Both the position numbers and the translations under genes were made by a program. A stretch of 64,000 nucleotides of DNA, from assembly GCA_949293175.1 (NCBI GenBank), contig CASFCI010000005.1, forward strand, positions 2,170 to 66,169, given 5' to 3'. The stretch comes from an uncultured bacterium (GTDB lineage Bacteria; Bacillota_I; Bacilli_A; RFN20; CAG-826). Each line of letters starts with the position of its first letter. Position 1 is the first letter of the stretch. Positions 18,471 to 27,996 of this stretch are shown here, piece after piece. Below the pieces are notes generated by a model. That model searched no databases. It was not told the origin of the DNA and saw only the letters and a list, made by a program, of their open reading frames with translations.

Positions 18471-18499
18471 AAAGAAAAGGCCCGGCGTGAACCGGGCCC
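18471..18499 (-). terminator. Intrinsic terminator ending the nuclease-ABC operon
   Basis: Minus strand reads GGCCCGG-ttcacg-CCGGGCC-TTTTCTTT. Confidence 0.8.
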
Positions 18500-18514
18500 C
18501 AAGGAGGACGCTTG

Positions 18515-21409
18515 TTAGGCGGCTAGGTTGATGACGATTGAAGAGATGTAGAAGGCGCCCGACACTGTTCCGTGGTTTATGCGGAAGTAGGTTGCTCCGG
18601 CTGCATCGGTGTTGCTGATGGTGACGACGGGGTTGCTCGCATCGAAGGCCACGTTGTCTATCGATAGGTCTTCTGCAATCTCGGTGGTTGCGAAGCCAAC
18701 AGATAGGCGAGCTTTGGCGTTGTTGGTCTTGTTGGTGTTGAAATGCAGCTCTATCGATTCGATGGCCGAGGGCATGGCGGTTGTGTTCCAAATGGCAGAG
18801 TTTTTGCCGTCTTTGTTACGCCACTGAATGCCATCTCCCAAATCAGCTAGTTCGTTGTAGGAGAAGTTGACTCCGGAAGCACTGGCGGTGCCGGCGGCAT
18901 AGCCGCTAAGTCCAAGAGTTTCAGCGGTGATCTCGATGCTGGTGACAGCGGCCGAAGCATCGCGAAGGGTGACGGTGACCTTGTTGACAACGGTGACGTT
19001 GAACTTGTAGGTTCCATCGGTCTCAGCGGTCAGGGTCGAGGATCCCATAGCGGTGGTCAAGGCCACTTTTTCGACGACGTAGCCTTCATCCGGGGTGACG
19101 GTGACGGTGGCTTCGGTGCCGTAAGTGGAGGCGGTGTCCGGAGTAACGGAGACGGTTCCATGCTCAACCTCGTCGACGGTGATCGAGTAGGTAGCGGTGG
19201 AGGCCTTGTGATCAGTCAAGACGGAGTAGAACTTTATTGAGCTGCTCATGCTCCAAGCGACCGGGGAGACAACCACGGTGACTTCCTCGCCGTTGTTGAC
19301 ATCGGCAAGAGTTTCAACGGCAGTCTGCGGGTTTTCGTAATCCACAGCGCCATCGACCATGGTGTAGACGTTTTCGGTGGTCATGCCGTATAGGGCAATG
19401 GACTTACCGGTGGCCGGATCGGTGACATAGGCGTTCCCATACTTGTCGGTGTGATCAAGGCCTTCGAGGATGCCGGTGACCTTATAGAGGTGAGCGGTAT
19501 CGACGTCCTTCTTGTCGGCTAGGTCGGCGATTGTCCTATCGGTAGCGGTGGCTAGGTCGACAGTGGTCGGCTCTTCCGGCTCGGGGGTTTCGAGCTTTCC
19601 CCAGGTGCAGAGGTTGGCCTTTAGGTTCTCGCTGACGTGCTTGATGTCGGAGAGGGAGAAGGTGTCGTAGCTCTTCTGCCCGCCGATGAAGTAGGTGGTT
19701 TCGTTCAAGACAGTGGTAAACGCGCTGTTGGTGGCGTCGTAGGTCCACTCATAGGCTTCGGTTCCGATGCCAATGTTGTTGTGGGTCTTCCCATCGCTGC
19801 CGGTGGAGGTGGAAGCGGTTAGATACTTGCCGGTTCCGACTTCAAGGGTCCACTTGCCGTTGGAGGCGTGCGGGGTGACGTCGGCCTGCTTGTCGAAGGT
19901 GGCCTTATCGGTGACCTTGGCGGCGCCTAGATAGAAGCCATCCATCTCACCGGTGAAGATCCAGTAGCCCTCGTTGGCTTTGCTGTCGTTGTAGGCGCCG
20001 AACTTCATGGCGACACCGTCTTCCGGAGCGGTGAAGATCGGCCCTTCGGTCATGACGACTTCTTCGGTCGGGATGTAGTAGCCGTTGTAGAGGTGGGAGA
20101 CGTAGGTGCTGTCGAGCTCGCTGATGTTGTAGGCGCCGATGGTGGCGTAGGTTCCCTGCAAGCCGATGATGGCCTGGGTCGGAGCCCCATCATAGGTGAC
20201 ATCGGCGACGAAGGTAGCAAGCTCTTCATCGAATGTGAAGCTGAACGGTTCGTCTTGATAGACGGCGTTGTAGTGGGTTCCGGAGACGCTGACCGCGATG
20301 TATTTGCCGGCGGAGGTCTGCAGGGTCCACTTGCCATCGGTCTCGGTGGCGGTCACATCGATGGCGATCTCGGGATCAGTGGTGGTGACCATGTAGTATC
20401 CGCTCATGTCGCCGGTGATGCAGCTGGCGAGGTTGGGATCGCCGGTCTTGTCGGCGCCGAACTTATAGGTCTTGCCCGATTCCGGAGCAGTTACCTTCTC
20501 ATAGCCTTCGACGAAGGTGTAGGGGAGCATGTACCAGTTGGCGGCGATGTTTTCGTCGGTGGCTTCGTAGGCATCGGCGGTGCCGTAGTTGCCATTGCCA
20601 CCGATGAAGAGATCCTTGCCATCGACGACGGCGTGGAAGATGGTCTTCTCGGCATCGTAGGTCCAAACGAACGGATCGGCCTGATAGAGGAAGTTGTCGT
20701 GGCCATCGTTCATGGCGGCGGCGACGTACTTTCCGGTGCTGGACAAGCCTTCGGTGACGACCTTCATGGTCCATCCTTCGCCCGAGGCGGCTAGTTCAAT
20801 CTTGGCGGCCTTGTCGTACTGATCGACGCCAACGCACTCACCATAGAATCCATCCATCTCGCCGGTGATGAAGGAAATCTCACCGGTCGTGCGATTCAGG
20901 AAGCCGAAGGTATAGGTTCCGGCCTTGATGTCGGTGACTACTTGCGGGCCAACGGCGGTGACGGGGCGGTTGGTGACGGTAACGTCGACGGTGTCGGTCA
21001 AGGTGGTCCCGTTGTCGTTTTTCAAAGTGACGGTGATGGTAGCGGTGCCCACGCCAACTCCGGTGACGCCAAGTCCGGTGCAGACCGCGACGGCGGGATT
21101 GGAAGAGGTGGCGGTCAGCTTGCCAGAGTTGATGAGGTTGATCTGGTTGGTAGCGGGATCGATGCTTAGATTAAGGGTCCTGCTTTCCTCGGCCTCAACG
21201 TACCAAGCGGCCTGCAGCTCGTCCTTGTTGCTGATGGACATGCTGGTGAAGTTCTGCTCTTGGGATGGCTTCGAGGACGACTCGCCAGAGGGCGAAGAAG
21301 TCCCTGGGTCGGTGCTGGATGGGGTGCTGCTATCGCTGGAATTAGTCGGCGTGCAGGCCGCTAGACCGAGTGCTAGCAACGCAGTTAAGGCAACAACGCT
21401 TTTTTTCAT
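18515..21409 (-). CDS. Large surface lipoprotein: Ig-like domain, three ~150 aa beta-rich repeats, OB-fold, C-terminal beta domains
   Basis: Lipobox LAAC and Ser/Thr linker; SSNPAVA...G.GTATITV Ig motif; three TG(E/D)M(D/S)G(F/Y)Y repeats; YKVTGI...YGNAYVTD OB-like segment. Confidence 0.85.
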   Translation of the reverse strand: MKKSVVALTALLALGLAACTPTNSSDSSTPSSTDPGTSSPSGESSSKPSQEQNFTSMSISNKDELQAAWYVEAEESRTLNLSIDPATNQINLINSGKLTATSSNPAVAVCTGLGVTGVGVGTATITVTLKNDNGTTLTDTVDVTVTNRPVTAVGPQVVTDIKAGTYTFGFLNRTTGEISFITGEMDGFYGECVGVDQYDKAAKIELAASGEGWTMKVVTEGLSSTGKYVAAAMNDGHDNFLYQADPFVWTYDAEKTIFHAVVDGKDLFIGGNGNYGTADAYEATDENIAANWYMLPYTFVEGYEKVTAPESGKTYKFGADKTGDPNLASCITGDMSGYYMVTTTDPEIAIDVTATETDGKWTLQTSAGKYIAVSVSGTHYNAVYQDEPFSFTFDEELATFVADVTYDGAPTQAIIGLQGTYATIGAYNISELDSTYVSHLYNGYYIPTEEVVMTEGPIFTAPEDGVAMKFGAYNDSKANEGYWIFTGEMDGFYLGAAKVTDKATFDKQADVTPHASNGKWTLEVGTGKYLTASTSTGSDGKTHNNIGIGTEAYEWTYDATNSAFTTVLNETTYFIGGQKSYDTFSLSDIKHVSENLKANLCTWGKLETPEPEEPTTVDLATATDRTIADLADKKDVDTAHLYKVTGILEGLDHTDKYGNAYVTDPATGKSIALYGMTTENVYTMVDGAVDYENPQTAVETLADVNNGEEVTVVVSPVAWSMSSSIKFYSVLTDHKASTATYSITVDEVEHGTVSVTPDTASTYGTEATVTVTPDEGYVVEKVALTTAMGSSTLTAETDGTYKFNVTVVNKVTVTLRDASAAVTSIEITAETLGLSGYAAGTASASGVNFSYNELADLGDGIQWRNKDGKNSAIWNTTAMPSAIESIELHFNTNKTNNAKARLSVGFATTEIAEDLSIDNVAFDASNPVVTISNTDAAGATYFRINHGTVSGAFYISSIVINLAA
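19610..20950 (-). repeat. Three tandem ~150 aa protein repeats inside the lipoprotein
   Basis: Recurring FG...TG(E/D)M.G(F/Y)Y...G.WT...GKY...N.....(F/Y).(W/F)T(Y/F)D...IG..G.Y.T; boundaries approximate. Confidence 0.8.
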
Positions 21410-21442
21410 GTTTCCTCCTTGTTTACCTTTTTTCTTCTCCCG

Positions 21443-21916
21443 TCACTGGACGAAAGTGTGGTTGTTGATATCCCTCAGAACTCCGTTGTAGGTCACCTTT
21501 TTTGATATGCCTACGATCACGAGGATGACCCCGGAGATCAGAAGAATCGAAGAGATTACGGTCAAGACTATGAACACGTAGAACTCGGCGCAGGTGGTGT
21601 CGAGCTCAAAGCCTTGAGAGGGCCGGTTGGCCAATAGGTAGAAGATCAAGCCCAAGACGAGCAGTATTGCCCCGACGGAGACGAATCCCATACCCATTGA
21701 GAAATGGTTGTTCCCGCGCTGTATCTCGGCGTGGGCGGCAGTCGACAGGGACTTCAGGTCCTTCTCATCGTGTCCAGCGTGGATCGCCTCTCCGCAGCGA
21801 GGGCAGACATACTCGATGCTGCTCTCGGCGGTGGCTCCCTCGATGTTCTCGATGGAAGGCTTCTTGGCCTCTATCGCGTGCTCATTGATACGTTTTCCGC
21901 AGTGGTAGCAATACAT
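21443..21916 (-). CDS. Zinc-ribbon membrane protein (2 TM segments)
   Basis: CYHC...CPRC followed by two hydrophobic helices; AGGAG SD. Confidence 0.8.
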   Translation of the reverse strand: MYCYHCGKRINEHAIEAKKPSIENIEGATAESSIEYVCPRCGEAIHAGHDEKDLKSLSTAAHAEIQRGNNHFSMGMGFVSVGAILLVLGLIFYLLANRPSQGFELDTTCAEFYVFIVLTVISSILLISGVILVIVGISKKVTYNGVLRDINNHTFVQ

Positions 21917-21917
21917 T

Positions 21918-23810
21918 TTATTCTCCTGTCGGGTTTAGGCAGACCAACTCATCGGCGTTGCTCGGGTTGACCTGATACGACATCCTGCCGGTGGTGGACT
22001 TATGGATGGTGAAGATGCCCTTGAGCATGAACTGCTTGCCTTTGTAGTCATCTATGTTGCTCCAGATCCAGTTCGGCTGATCCGGATCGCCGCCATAGGT
22101 GAAGCTTAGGTAGATGTCGAAGTCCAGCCCTTCGAGGTAAAGGGTTCCCTCGGCGCCGTCGATGTAGCCGCCAGAGCAGGTGACCGGGTCCTCTAGGGAG
22201 ATGTAGGTCCCGAAGTAATCGAGGTTCTTGTTGGCGGCCATGGTGGATAGTTCCGCCGCGGTGAAATCGAGCGGGACCATCTGGTGGACGTCGGTGTTCT
22301 CCTCCGCGGTCAATATGACGGACGACTCTTTGTCGGAGTAGCCGCCGACGCGCGGGAAGTAGGTGTCGGAGATCTGGAAGCCGAAGGAGGAGTCCTTGGC
22401 GATTCCCTTGACCTCGATGTAGGTGTTGAGGACGGTGAATTTGTCCGGGATGGGGCTCATGCCGACGAAGATGTTGATGGAGGCGTATTGCTTCTCTCCG
22501 GTGTCCTCGTCCTCGTAGACGTCCTGGATGTAGAGGATGTGGTTGGAGAAGCCGATGACGGTGCCCTGGACGGCGACCTTGCGGTTGTCGTAGTAGTTCT
22601 TTAGCGGCAGCGACAGCCCATCGGAAGCGCCGAGGTAATCCCAGGCGTAGTCGTGCTCATCATCCATGGAGACGAACGGATCGTGGTTCTCGTCGACGCC
22701 ATAGCCGAGGTAGAGGTTGGTTTCCTTGTTGAAGAAGGCGACGCCGCCGGTCTCAGACTTGATGTTCCAGACCGCGGCCTCGTCGCGCTTTTCGGTGGTC
22801 TCGAGGACGCCATTGGCGCATTCGCCGGTCAGATAGACGGTTTTTGCGGCGATTAGGTCGTCGTAGGCAAGCAGATAATCGGTCCCGACCGAGAGATCGG
22901 AGTATGAGGTGCCTTCAATGGCGACGCCGTTGGTGTCGCGGATGGTTACCTTGAATTCGCTTGAGGTGACCTCATCTGAGAACTTGCCGATGACCCCGTT
23001 GGTGGAGCTCACAAGCGACATGCTCTTGGTGCCGTCGTAGGCGTAATCGCCATCTAGCTGGCTGGCTAGCGAGATCTTCTGGAGGTTCTGCATATCGAGC
23101 AGGCTCGACTGGCGGAATTCCTCATCGTAGGGGTAATCCGGATCCTTCTCGTTGGAGAATACGTGCAGCTTGTAGGCGCTGGCCTGCTGCTGAGCCTTGA
23201 TGAAGGTATCGGAGAGCTCGGGGATGCTAGAGGTGTTCTTGGCCCATGAATATCCTTCCTGGACGATCATGAGGTTAAGGAGCTGCATCTCTTCCTTCGG
23301 AGCGTTCTTCTTCGTGGTGTTTACCCAGATGCAGGCGAGGTAGCGCTCGCCGGTGGAATCGTGGGTCGGCGCGCGGTATTCGCTATAATTGTCGCCGGTG
23401 ACGACTACGGTGCCGTTAGCGATCGCTTCGGTGAGTATTTCCTTGGTATATTTGCTTGCAGACTGTCCCCAAGGCTCGATGGCCCCGGTGGATTCGGGCG
23501 TGTCGATCCCGTAGAAGCGGCACTTGATCCTTTCTGAGGAGGTGGTGGTCACCATCGGATCGAAGTGGGCGGTATCGCCGTCGATCGCGTAGTAGCTCTT
23601 CATCTGGCCAACGCCGTCTTTAAAGAAATCCTTGCCCTCGTAATCGAGCTGGAGGTGGACGGTCGCGGCATAGTCTACCCAAGCCGGGAGCTCAGATCCT
23701 GAGCCCTGAGTAGTGCTCGCACCGGGAACAGAATCGGTGCTGTTTGTCGGTCCGCAGGCGGCTAGCGCGAATAGGCTGGTCGCGAGTAGAAGCAATGTGT
23801 TCTTTTTCAT
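21918..23810 (-). CDS. Thermonuclease (SNase) lipoprotein with C-terminal OB-like domains
   Basis: Lipobox LAAC; IDGDT, RFYGIDTPES, DSTGERYLA and LNLMIVQEGY match the SNase catalytic motifs. Confidence 0.9.
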   Translation of the reverse strand: MKKNTLLLLATSLFALAACGPTNSTDSVPGASTTQGSGSELPAWVDYAATVHLQLDYEGKDFFKDGVGQMKSYYAIDGDTAHFDPMVTTTSSERIKCRFYGIDTPESTGAIEPWGQSASKYTKEILTEAIANGTVVVTGDNYSEYRAPTHDSTGERYLACIWVNTTKKNAPKEEMQLLNLMIVQEGYSWAKNTSSIPELSDTFIKAQQQASAYKLHVFSNEKDPDYPYDEEFRQSSLLDMQNLQKISLASQLDGDYAYDGTKSMSLVSSTNGVIGKFSDEVTSSEFKVTIRDTNGVAIEGTSYSDLSVGTDYLLAYDDLIAAKTVYLTGECANGVLETTEKRDEAAVWNIKSETGGVAFFNKETNLYLGYGVDENHDPFVSMDDEHDYAWDYLGASDGLSLPLKNYYDNRKVAVQGTVIGFSNHILYIQDVYEDEDTGEKQYASINIFVGMSPIPDKFTVLNTYIEVKGIAKDSSFGFQISDTYFPRVGGYSDKESSVILTAEENTDVHQMVPLDFTAAELSTMAANKNLDYFGTYISLEDPVTCSGGYIDGAEGTLYLEGLDFDIYLSFTYGGDPDQPNWIWSNIDDYKGKQFMLKGIFTIHKSTTGRMSYQVNPSNADELVCLNPTGE

Positions 23811-23832
23811 CTGACTTTTTCGCTCCTATTCA

Positions 23833-25341
23833 TCAATGGAAGTAGGTCTTGGCGTTGTTGATCGCGTTGGTGAACGCCTCGGTGACCGAGATGCTCTGGG
23901 TGCAGACGGTATTGAGGATGGTGCCGACCTGGTCGCGGAGTTGGGCGGACCCGACGAACACCGGGGTGACGATGTAGTTGCCGTTGATGTCGTTCTGCAG
24001 TATGTCGGAGGTCGCAGCGATGGGATCGGTCAGATTCTGCATGAACTGCTGGTAGACGGTGGTCTCATAGGCGGAGTAGCGGACTGGGACATAGCCCTCT
24101 GAGCCGAGCACGCAGATCTTGGCGTTGACGTCGGGGTTGGTTAGGTACTTCATGAATTCCCATGAGTAGTAGGTCCTCCAGTAGCCCTCGGTCTCGTCGG
24201 TGGTGTTGTTTAGCAGCGCCAGGGTCGGCCCCTGGTTGACGTAGATTGGCTTGTTGTTTTCGTAGGGGATTTTGCAGACGCCGACGGTGAAGGCATCGGA
24301 GGTAGGGATGTTGTAGCCGGTGCCGCCGCTGGAGCCGATCGAGAAGATGGTCTTCTGCTCGGTGAAGGCGTTGGATCCATAGGTGCCCTCGAGGGCCTTG
24401 GTGGTGAAGACGCCGTCGGCGTGGGCGTCGGCTAGGTTCTGGATTATGGCCTCGGCCTTGGTGCGGTTCTCGCCGGTCTCGAACGGGATCTCGCCGACCC
24501 CGTTATCCCCGACTGCGGAGTAGGGGATGTCGTTCTGCATGAGCTTGGTTATGAACAGGTTAGAGTCGGAATCGTAGTAAATCGGGTATTCCAGCGAGGT
24601 CAGGATTTGCTGTTTGTTGTCTTTGATGTACTCGCCAAAGGCCATGAAATCGTCCCAATTGATGTTGGAGATCCATTCATCCATGGCATCGGTGGAGTCG
24701 ACGTTGACTCCTTCCGGCTGATACATCTTGCAGGCGGTGTAAAAGGCCTGCTTGTTGTAGAACATGACCTCGGATGACTTCATGAACGGCAGGGAGTACG
24801 AGCCTTCCTGCTGATACATCGAGCTCTCCTCGATGAAGGCCTCGACGAAGTCGTCTTTGCCATAGGAGAGGGACCCGGATTTGTCGCCGAGCCATTCCTG
24901 AGTGCCGAAGCCGACCTCGGGCGAGGACATCCACTGGTCGAGGTTCACTAGCACCTCCCTCCCTGATGGGGAGTTGTAGATGTAGTTGGCCACGTTGTCG
25001 GGATAGGCAACGGTGATATTGGGGTAAGACCCGGAGGCAAAACCCATGAGGATGTTGTTCTGGATGTCATCGTAGGAGCCCTTGTAGGTCGGCTCGATGG
25101 TGACGTTCACGCCGTCATGCTCCAAGACGAGGTCATGGAAGCTTTCGATCACCTGGGACAGGTAATCCTGGGTGTTCTTGCCGAAGGTGTGCCAGAAGGA
25201 AATGGTTACCGTGCTGGGCTTTTCGCCGTCGGTTGTGGATGAGGAGGATTGCCCTTGCGTCTTTTCCCCGCAAGAGACTAGGACGCCTAGGAGAGCAATG
25301 CTGCTCACTAGGCCCGTTATAGATTTGGATAGTTTCATCAT
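23833..25341 (-). CDS. ABC transporter substrate-binding lipoprotein (CUT1/UgpB-like), copy 2
   Basis: Lipobox LVSC; FWHTF, YPDNVA, SLPFMKSSEVMFYN, NQGPTL. Confidence 0.9.
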   Translation of the reverse strand: MMKLSKSITGLVSSIALLGVLVSCGEKTQGQSSSSTTDGEKPSTVTISFWHTFGKNTQDYLSQVIESFHDLVLEHDGVNVTIEPTYKGSYDDIQNNILMGFASGSYPNITVAYPDNVANYIYNSPSGREVLVNLDQWMSSPEVGFGTQEWLGDKSGSLSYGKDDFVEAFIEESSMYQQEGSYSLPFMKSSEVMFYNKQAFYTACKMYQPEGVNVDSTDAMDEWISNINWDDFMAFGEYIKDNKQQILTSLEYPIYYDSDSNLFITKLMQNDIPYSAVGDNGVGEIPFETGENRTKAEAIIQNLADAHADGVFTTKALEGTYGSNAFTEQKTIFSIGSSGGTGYNIPTSDAFTVGVCKIPYENNKPIYVNQGPTLALLNNTTDETEGYWRTYYSWEFMKYLTNPDVNAKICVLGSEGYVPVRYSAYETTVYQQFMQNLTDPIAATSDILQNDINGNYIVTPVFVGSAQLRDQVGTILNTVCTQSISVTEAFTNAINNAKTYFH

Positions 25342-25390
25342 CGCTCTCCTAAGTTTGTCATATCAAATTGAGGAAGTAGTAATGCTGAGA

Positions 25391-26938
25391 TTACTTAATC
25401 TGAGCCAAGGCTTCGTTGTAGGCGGTGTTGAAGATCGAATTGAGCTTCTCGTCGGTGATGTAGGCGGCTTCCTGCATGACCTGGGTCACGATCGAGCCGG
25501 CCTGGTTGCGGCACTCGGAGGAGCCGATGAAGACTGGGGAGGTGAACATCTCATCGGAAGCGGTCTGGTAGTGCTTCATGCCGCGGGCAATGAGGAGTTC
25601 GAGCCCGTCTTTTCCGGTCTCTGTGGCGGCGTTGGTGTAAGCGGCCGATTCATAGCAGGAATAGCGCAGCGGCATATAGCCGGTGGAGTTGAGGGCCCAC
25701 CTGGTGGAGTTCTCTTCGTTGACCATGAAGCGGTAGAAGAGCCAGCTGGCCATGATGCGGTCGGTGTCGACTGCGGAGTTGCCGCCGCCGATCGGGTGGT
25801 TGAGGATGACCATCGAGGGTCCCTGGCTAATGGCGGCCTTGGTCGGGTTCTCGATTCCGGCCTGAGGAACGCCAGCGACGCTTGGGACGAACTTAGCGGC
25901 ATCGGAGTACTGATAGGTGATGCCGCCGGTCGAGCCGATGGAGAACAGGAGTTTGCGCTCGGTGAAGAGGGTGTTGACGTAGTCGCCGGTCTTGCCCTTG
26001 GTAACGAATAGCTTATCGACGGCGGCCTTGTTGAGCATCTTCATGAGGCTCTTCATGCCGTCGTTAACGAAATCGATCTGGCCTTTGCCGGTGATCGGGT
26101 CGATGGAGGTGTAATCATACCCGTATTGTTGGGCTAAGGTGATGAAGAGGTTGTCGTCGGAATCGTAGCCGATGATGGCGGGATTCTCGTCGGTGGCGTC
26201 GTAGATCTTGGTTTCGGCCGGCTGGGCGTCGTTGTATTTCTTCAGAGCCGGGGCGAGGTGGTTAAACATCTCTTCCCAGGTGATGTTGTTGATGTAGTCC
26301 TCGGTGATGGTTCCGTTGTCGCCGATGGTCTTGTCATAGGCAGAGAGGTCAAGGCCGATGATGATCGGGTTATAGAACATAGCCTCGGTCGACTTGGAGA
26401 ACGGTACCGAATAGGTGCCTTCGGCCGAGTACTGCTGCCCTTCTTCGATGAAGGCGGGGACGATGTCCTCTAGATCCTCGGCAGACCAGCCATAGACGGG
26501 GTCATTGATGTAATCGTCGAGCTTGGCGGCCTTGCCATAATAGAGGTATTCGGCGACGTGGTCGGGGTAGCAGTAGGCGATGTCGGGGTAGGAGTCGGAG
26601 GAGAAGCCGGTGATGATCTGATTCTTTAGATCATCGTAGCTTCCGCTGATCTTGTTGTTGGTGATCTTGATCCTCGGCTCTAGTTCGTTGAACTTGGCGA
26701 TGTAGTCGTCGAGGATGGTTTGCGCGGTTTCGCCGGCAGTGGTCCAAAGAGTGATGTTAACATCCTTGTCGGTGAAATAGGGCTGATACTCGTCGGTGGC
26801 CGGGGTCGAAGTATTGGTGTCGGTCCCGGTGCTGGTCGGCACGGATGGCGTGGTGGTGGATGCTCCTCCAGAGCAGGCAGCGAGCAGCATGGCGGCCGAC
26901 ATTATCGGCAGTATGGTGCCCATGCGACTTCTTTTCAT
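25391..26938 (-). CDS. ABC transporter substrate-binding lipoprotein (CUT1/UgpB-like), copy 1
   Basis: Lipobox LAAC; YPDHVA, SVPFSKSTEAMFYN, SQGPSM; paralogous to the adjacent gene. Confidence 0.9.
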   Translation of the reverse strand: MKRSRMGTILPIMSAAMLLAACSGGASTTTPSVPTSTGTDTNTSTPATDEYQPYFTDKDVNITLWTTAGETAQTILDDYIAKFNELEPRIKITNNKISGSYDDLKNQIITGFSSDSYPDIAYCYPDHVAEYLYYGKAAKLDDYINDPVYGWSAEDLEDIVPAFIEEGQQYSAEGTYSVPFSKSTEAMFYNPIIIGLDLSAYDKTIGDNGTITEDYINNITWEEMFNHLAPALKKYNDAQPAETKIYDATDENPAIIGYDSDDNLFITLAQQYGYDYTSIDPITGKGQIDFVNDGMKSLMKMLNKAAVDKLFVTKGKTGDYVNTLFTERKLLFSIGSTGGITYQYSDAAKFVPSVAGVPQAGIENPTKAAISQGPSMVILNHPIGGGNSAVDTDRIMASWLFYRFMVNEENSTRWALNSTGYMPLRYSCYESAAYTNAATETGKDGLELLIARGMKHYQTASDEMFTSPVFIGSSECRNQAGSIVTQVMQEAAYITDEKLNSIFNTAYNEALAQIK

Positions 26939-27002
26939 TAGTTTTCCTCCTTTAATGAAGCGAGTCGGTTTTATCTAAACGCCGAAGCGTATAGACCATC
27001 GT

Positions 27003-27986
27003 TTAGCCTTTTATGCCGGCGCGGCCAACGCCCCGCATGATGTATTTGCGGAAGAAGACGAACAGCAAGAACAATGGGACGGTTACCAAGACGGTAGCAG
27101 CCATCTGATAACCATATTCTACCTGACCTCCGGCATCGTTGTTTACAAACGATGACCCGCGCAAGCCGTTGGAGATGAGCTTGTAGTCCTCGTTGAGGGT
27201 GACCAGCTGTGGCCAGACGTAGGAGTTCCAGGTTCCCATGAACTTGAGGATGGTGATCGAGATGAGAGTGGGGGCGGCGAGCGGGACCATGACCTTCCAA
27301 AGGAAGGACCAGTCGGACTTTCCGTCGACCTTGGCGGCTAGGTATAGTTCGTTGGGGATTTGCTTGAAATTCTGCCTTAACAGGTAGATGTAGAAGACCG
27401 ATACCCAGAACGGCACGATCATGGCGGCGTAGGCATCCATCAGGGTCTGACCCTCGCCGATCCAGCCGAAGCTCGCAACGGTGATGAAGTTCGAGATGAC
27501 CATCATCTCGCCCGGGATCATCATGGTCATGAGGAAGAGCATGAACAGCGGTTCGCGCCCTTTGAACTTAAGCCTCGCGAAGGCAAAAGCGGCAAAAATT
27601 GTGGTTAGCAAGGTGCCGATCGTCGAGAAGATGGCGACGACGATGGTGTTGAGCATGTAGGTCCCGAAGTCGAATACCTGGAACACGTAAACGTAGTTGC
27701 TCCACATGACGATGGTGGGGAAGAACGTCTGGGTGGTGGCGATGATTTCCGACCTCTGCTTGAGCGAGGTGATGATCATCCAGTAGAACGGGAAGATCAT
27801 GACCAAGGCCAAAAACAGGATGAAGGCGTAGGTGATGACCATCATCACGATGTGGCCTATCCGCTGGCTGCGCTTTATGGCGTCGACGGTCTTTCCAGCT
27901 TCCTGGATGGAGAGCACGACGGCCGGCTTCTCTAGCAAGGCAGGCTTGCTGGCTTTGGCGGTATTGTTCTGAATTGCTTTTTCCAT
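27003..27986 (-). CDS. CUT1 ABC permease (MalG/UgpE-like)
   Basis: PFYWMIITSLK, IPNELYLAAKVDG EAA loop, WNSYVWP; the ATG at 27986 follows a GGAGG SD. Confidence 0.92.
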   Translation of the reverse strand: MEKAIQNNTAKASKPALLEKPAVVLSIQEAGKTVDAIKRSQRIGHIVMMVITYAFILFLALVMIFPFYWMIITSLKQRSEIIATTQTFFPTIVMWSNYVYVFQVFDFGTYMLNTIVVAIFSTIGTLLTTIFAAFAFARLKFKGREPLFMLFLMTMMIPGEMMVISNFITVASFGWIGEGQTLMDAYAAMIVPFWVSVFYIYLLRQNFKQIPNELYLAAKVDGKSDWSFLWKVMVPLAAPTLISITILKFMGTWNSYVWPQLVTLNEDYKLISNGLRGSSFVNNDAGGQVEYGYQMAATVLVTVPLFLLFVFFRKYIMRGVGRAGIKG

Positions 27987-27996
27987 GGCCTTCCTC

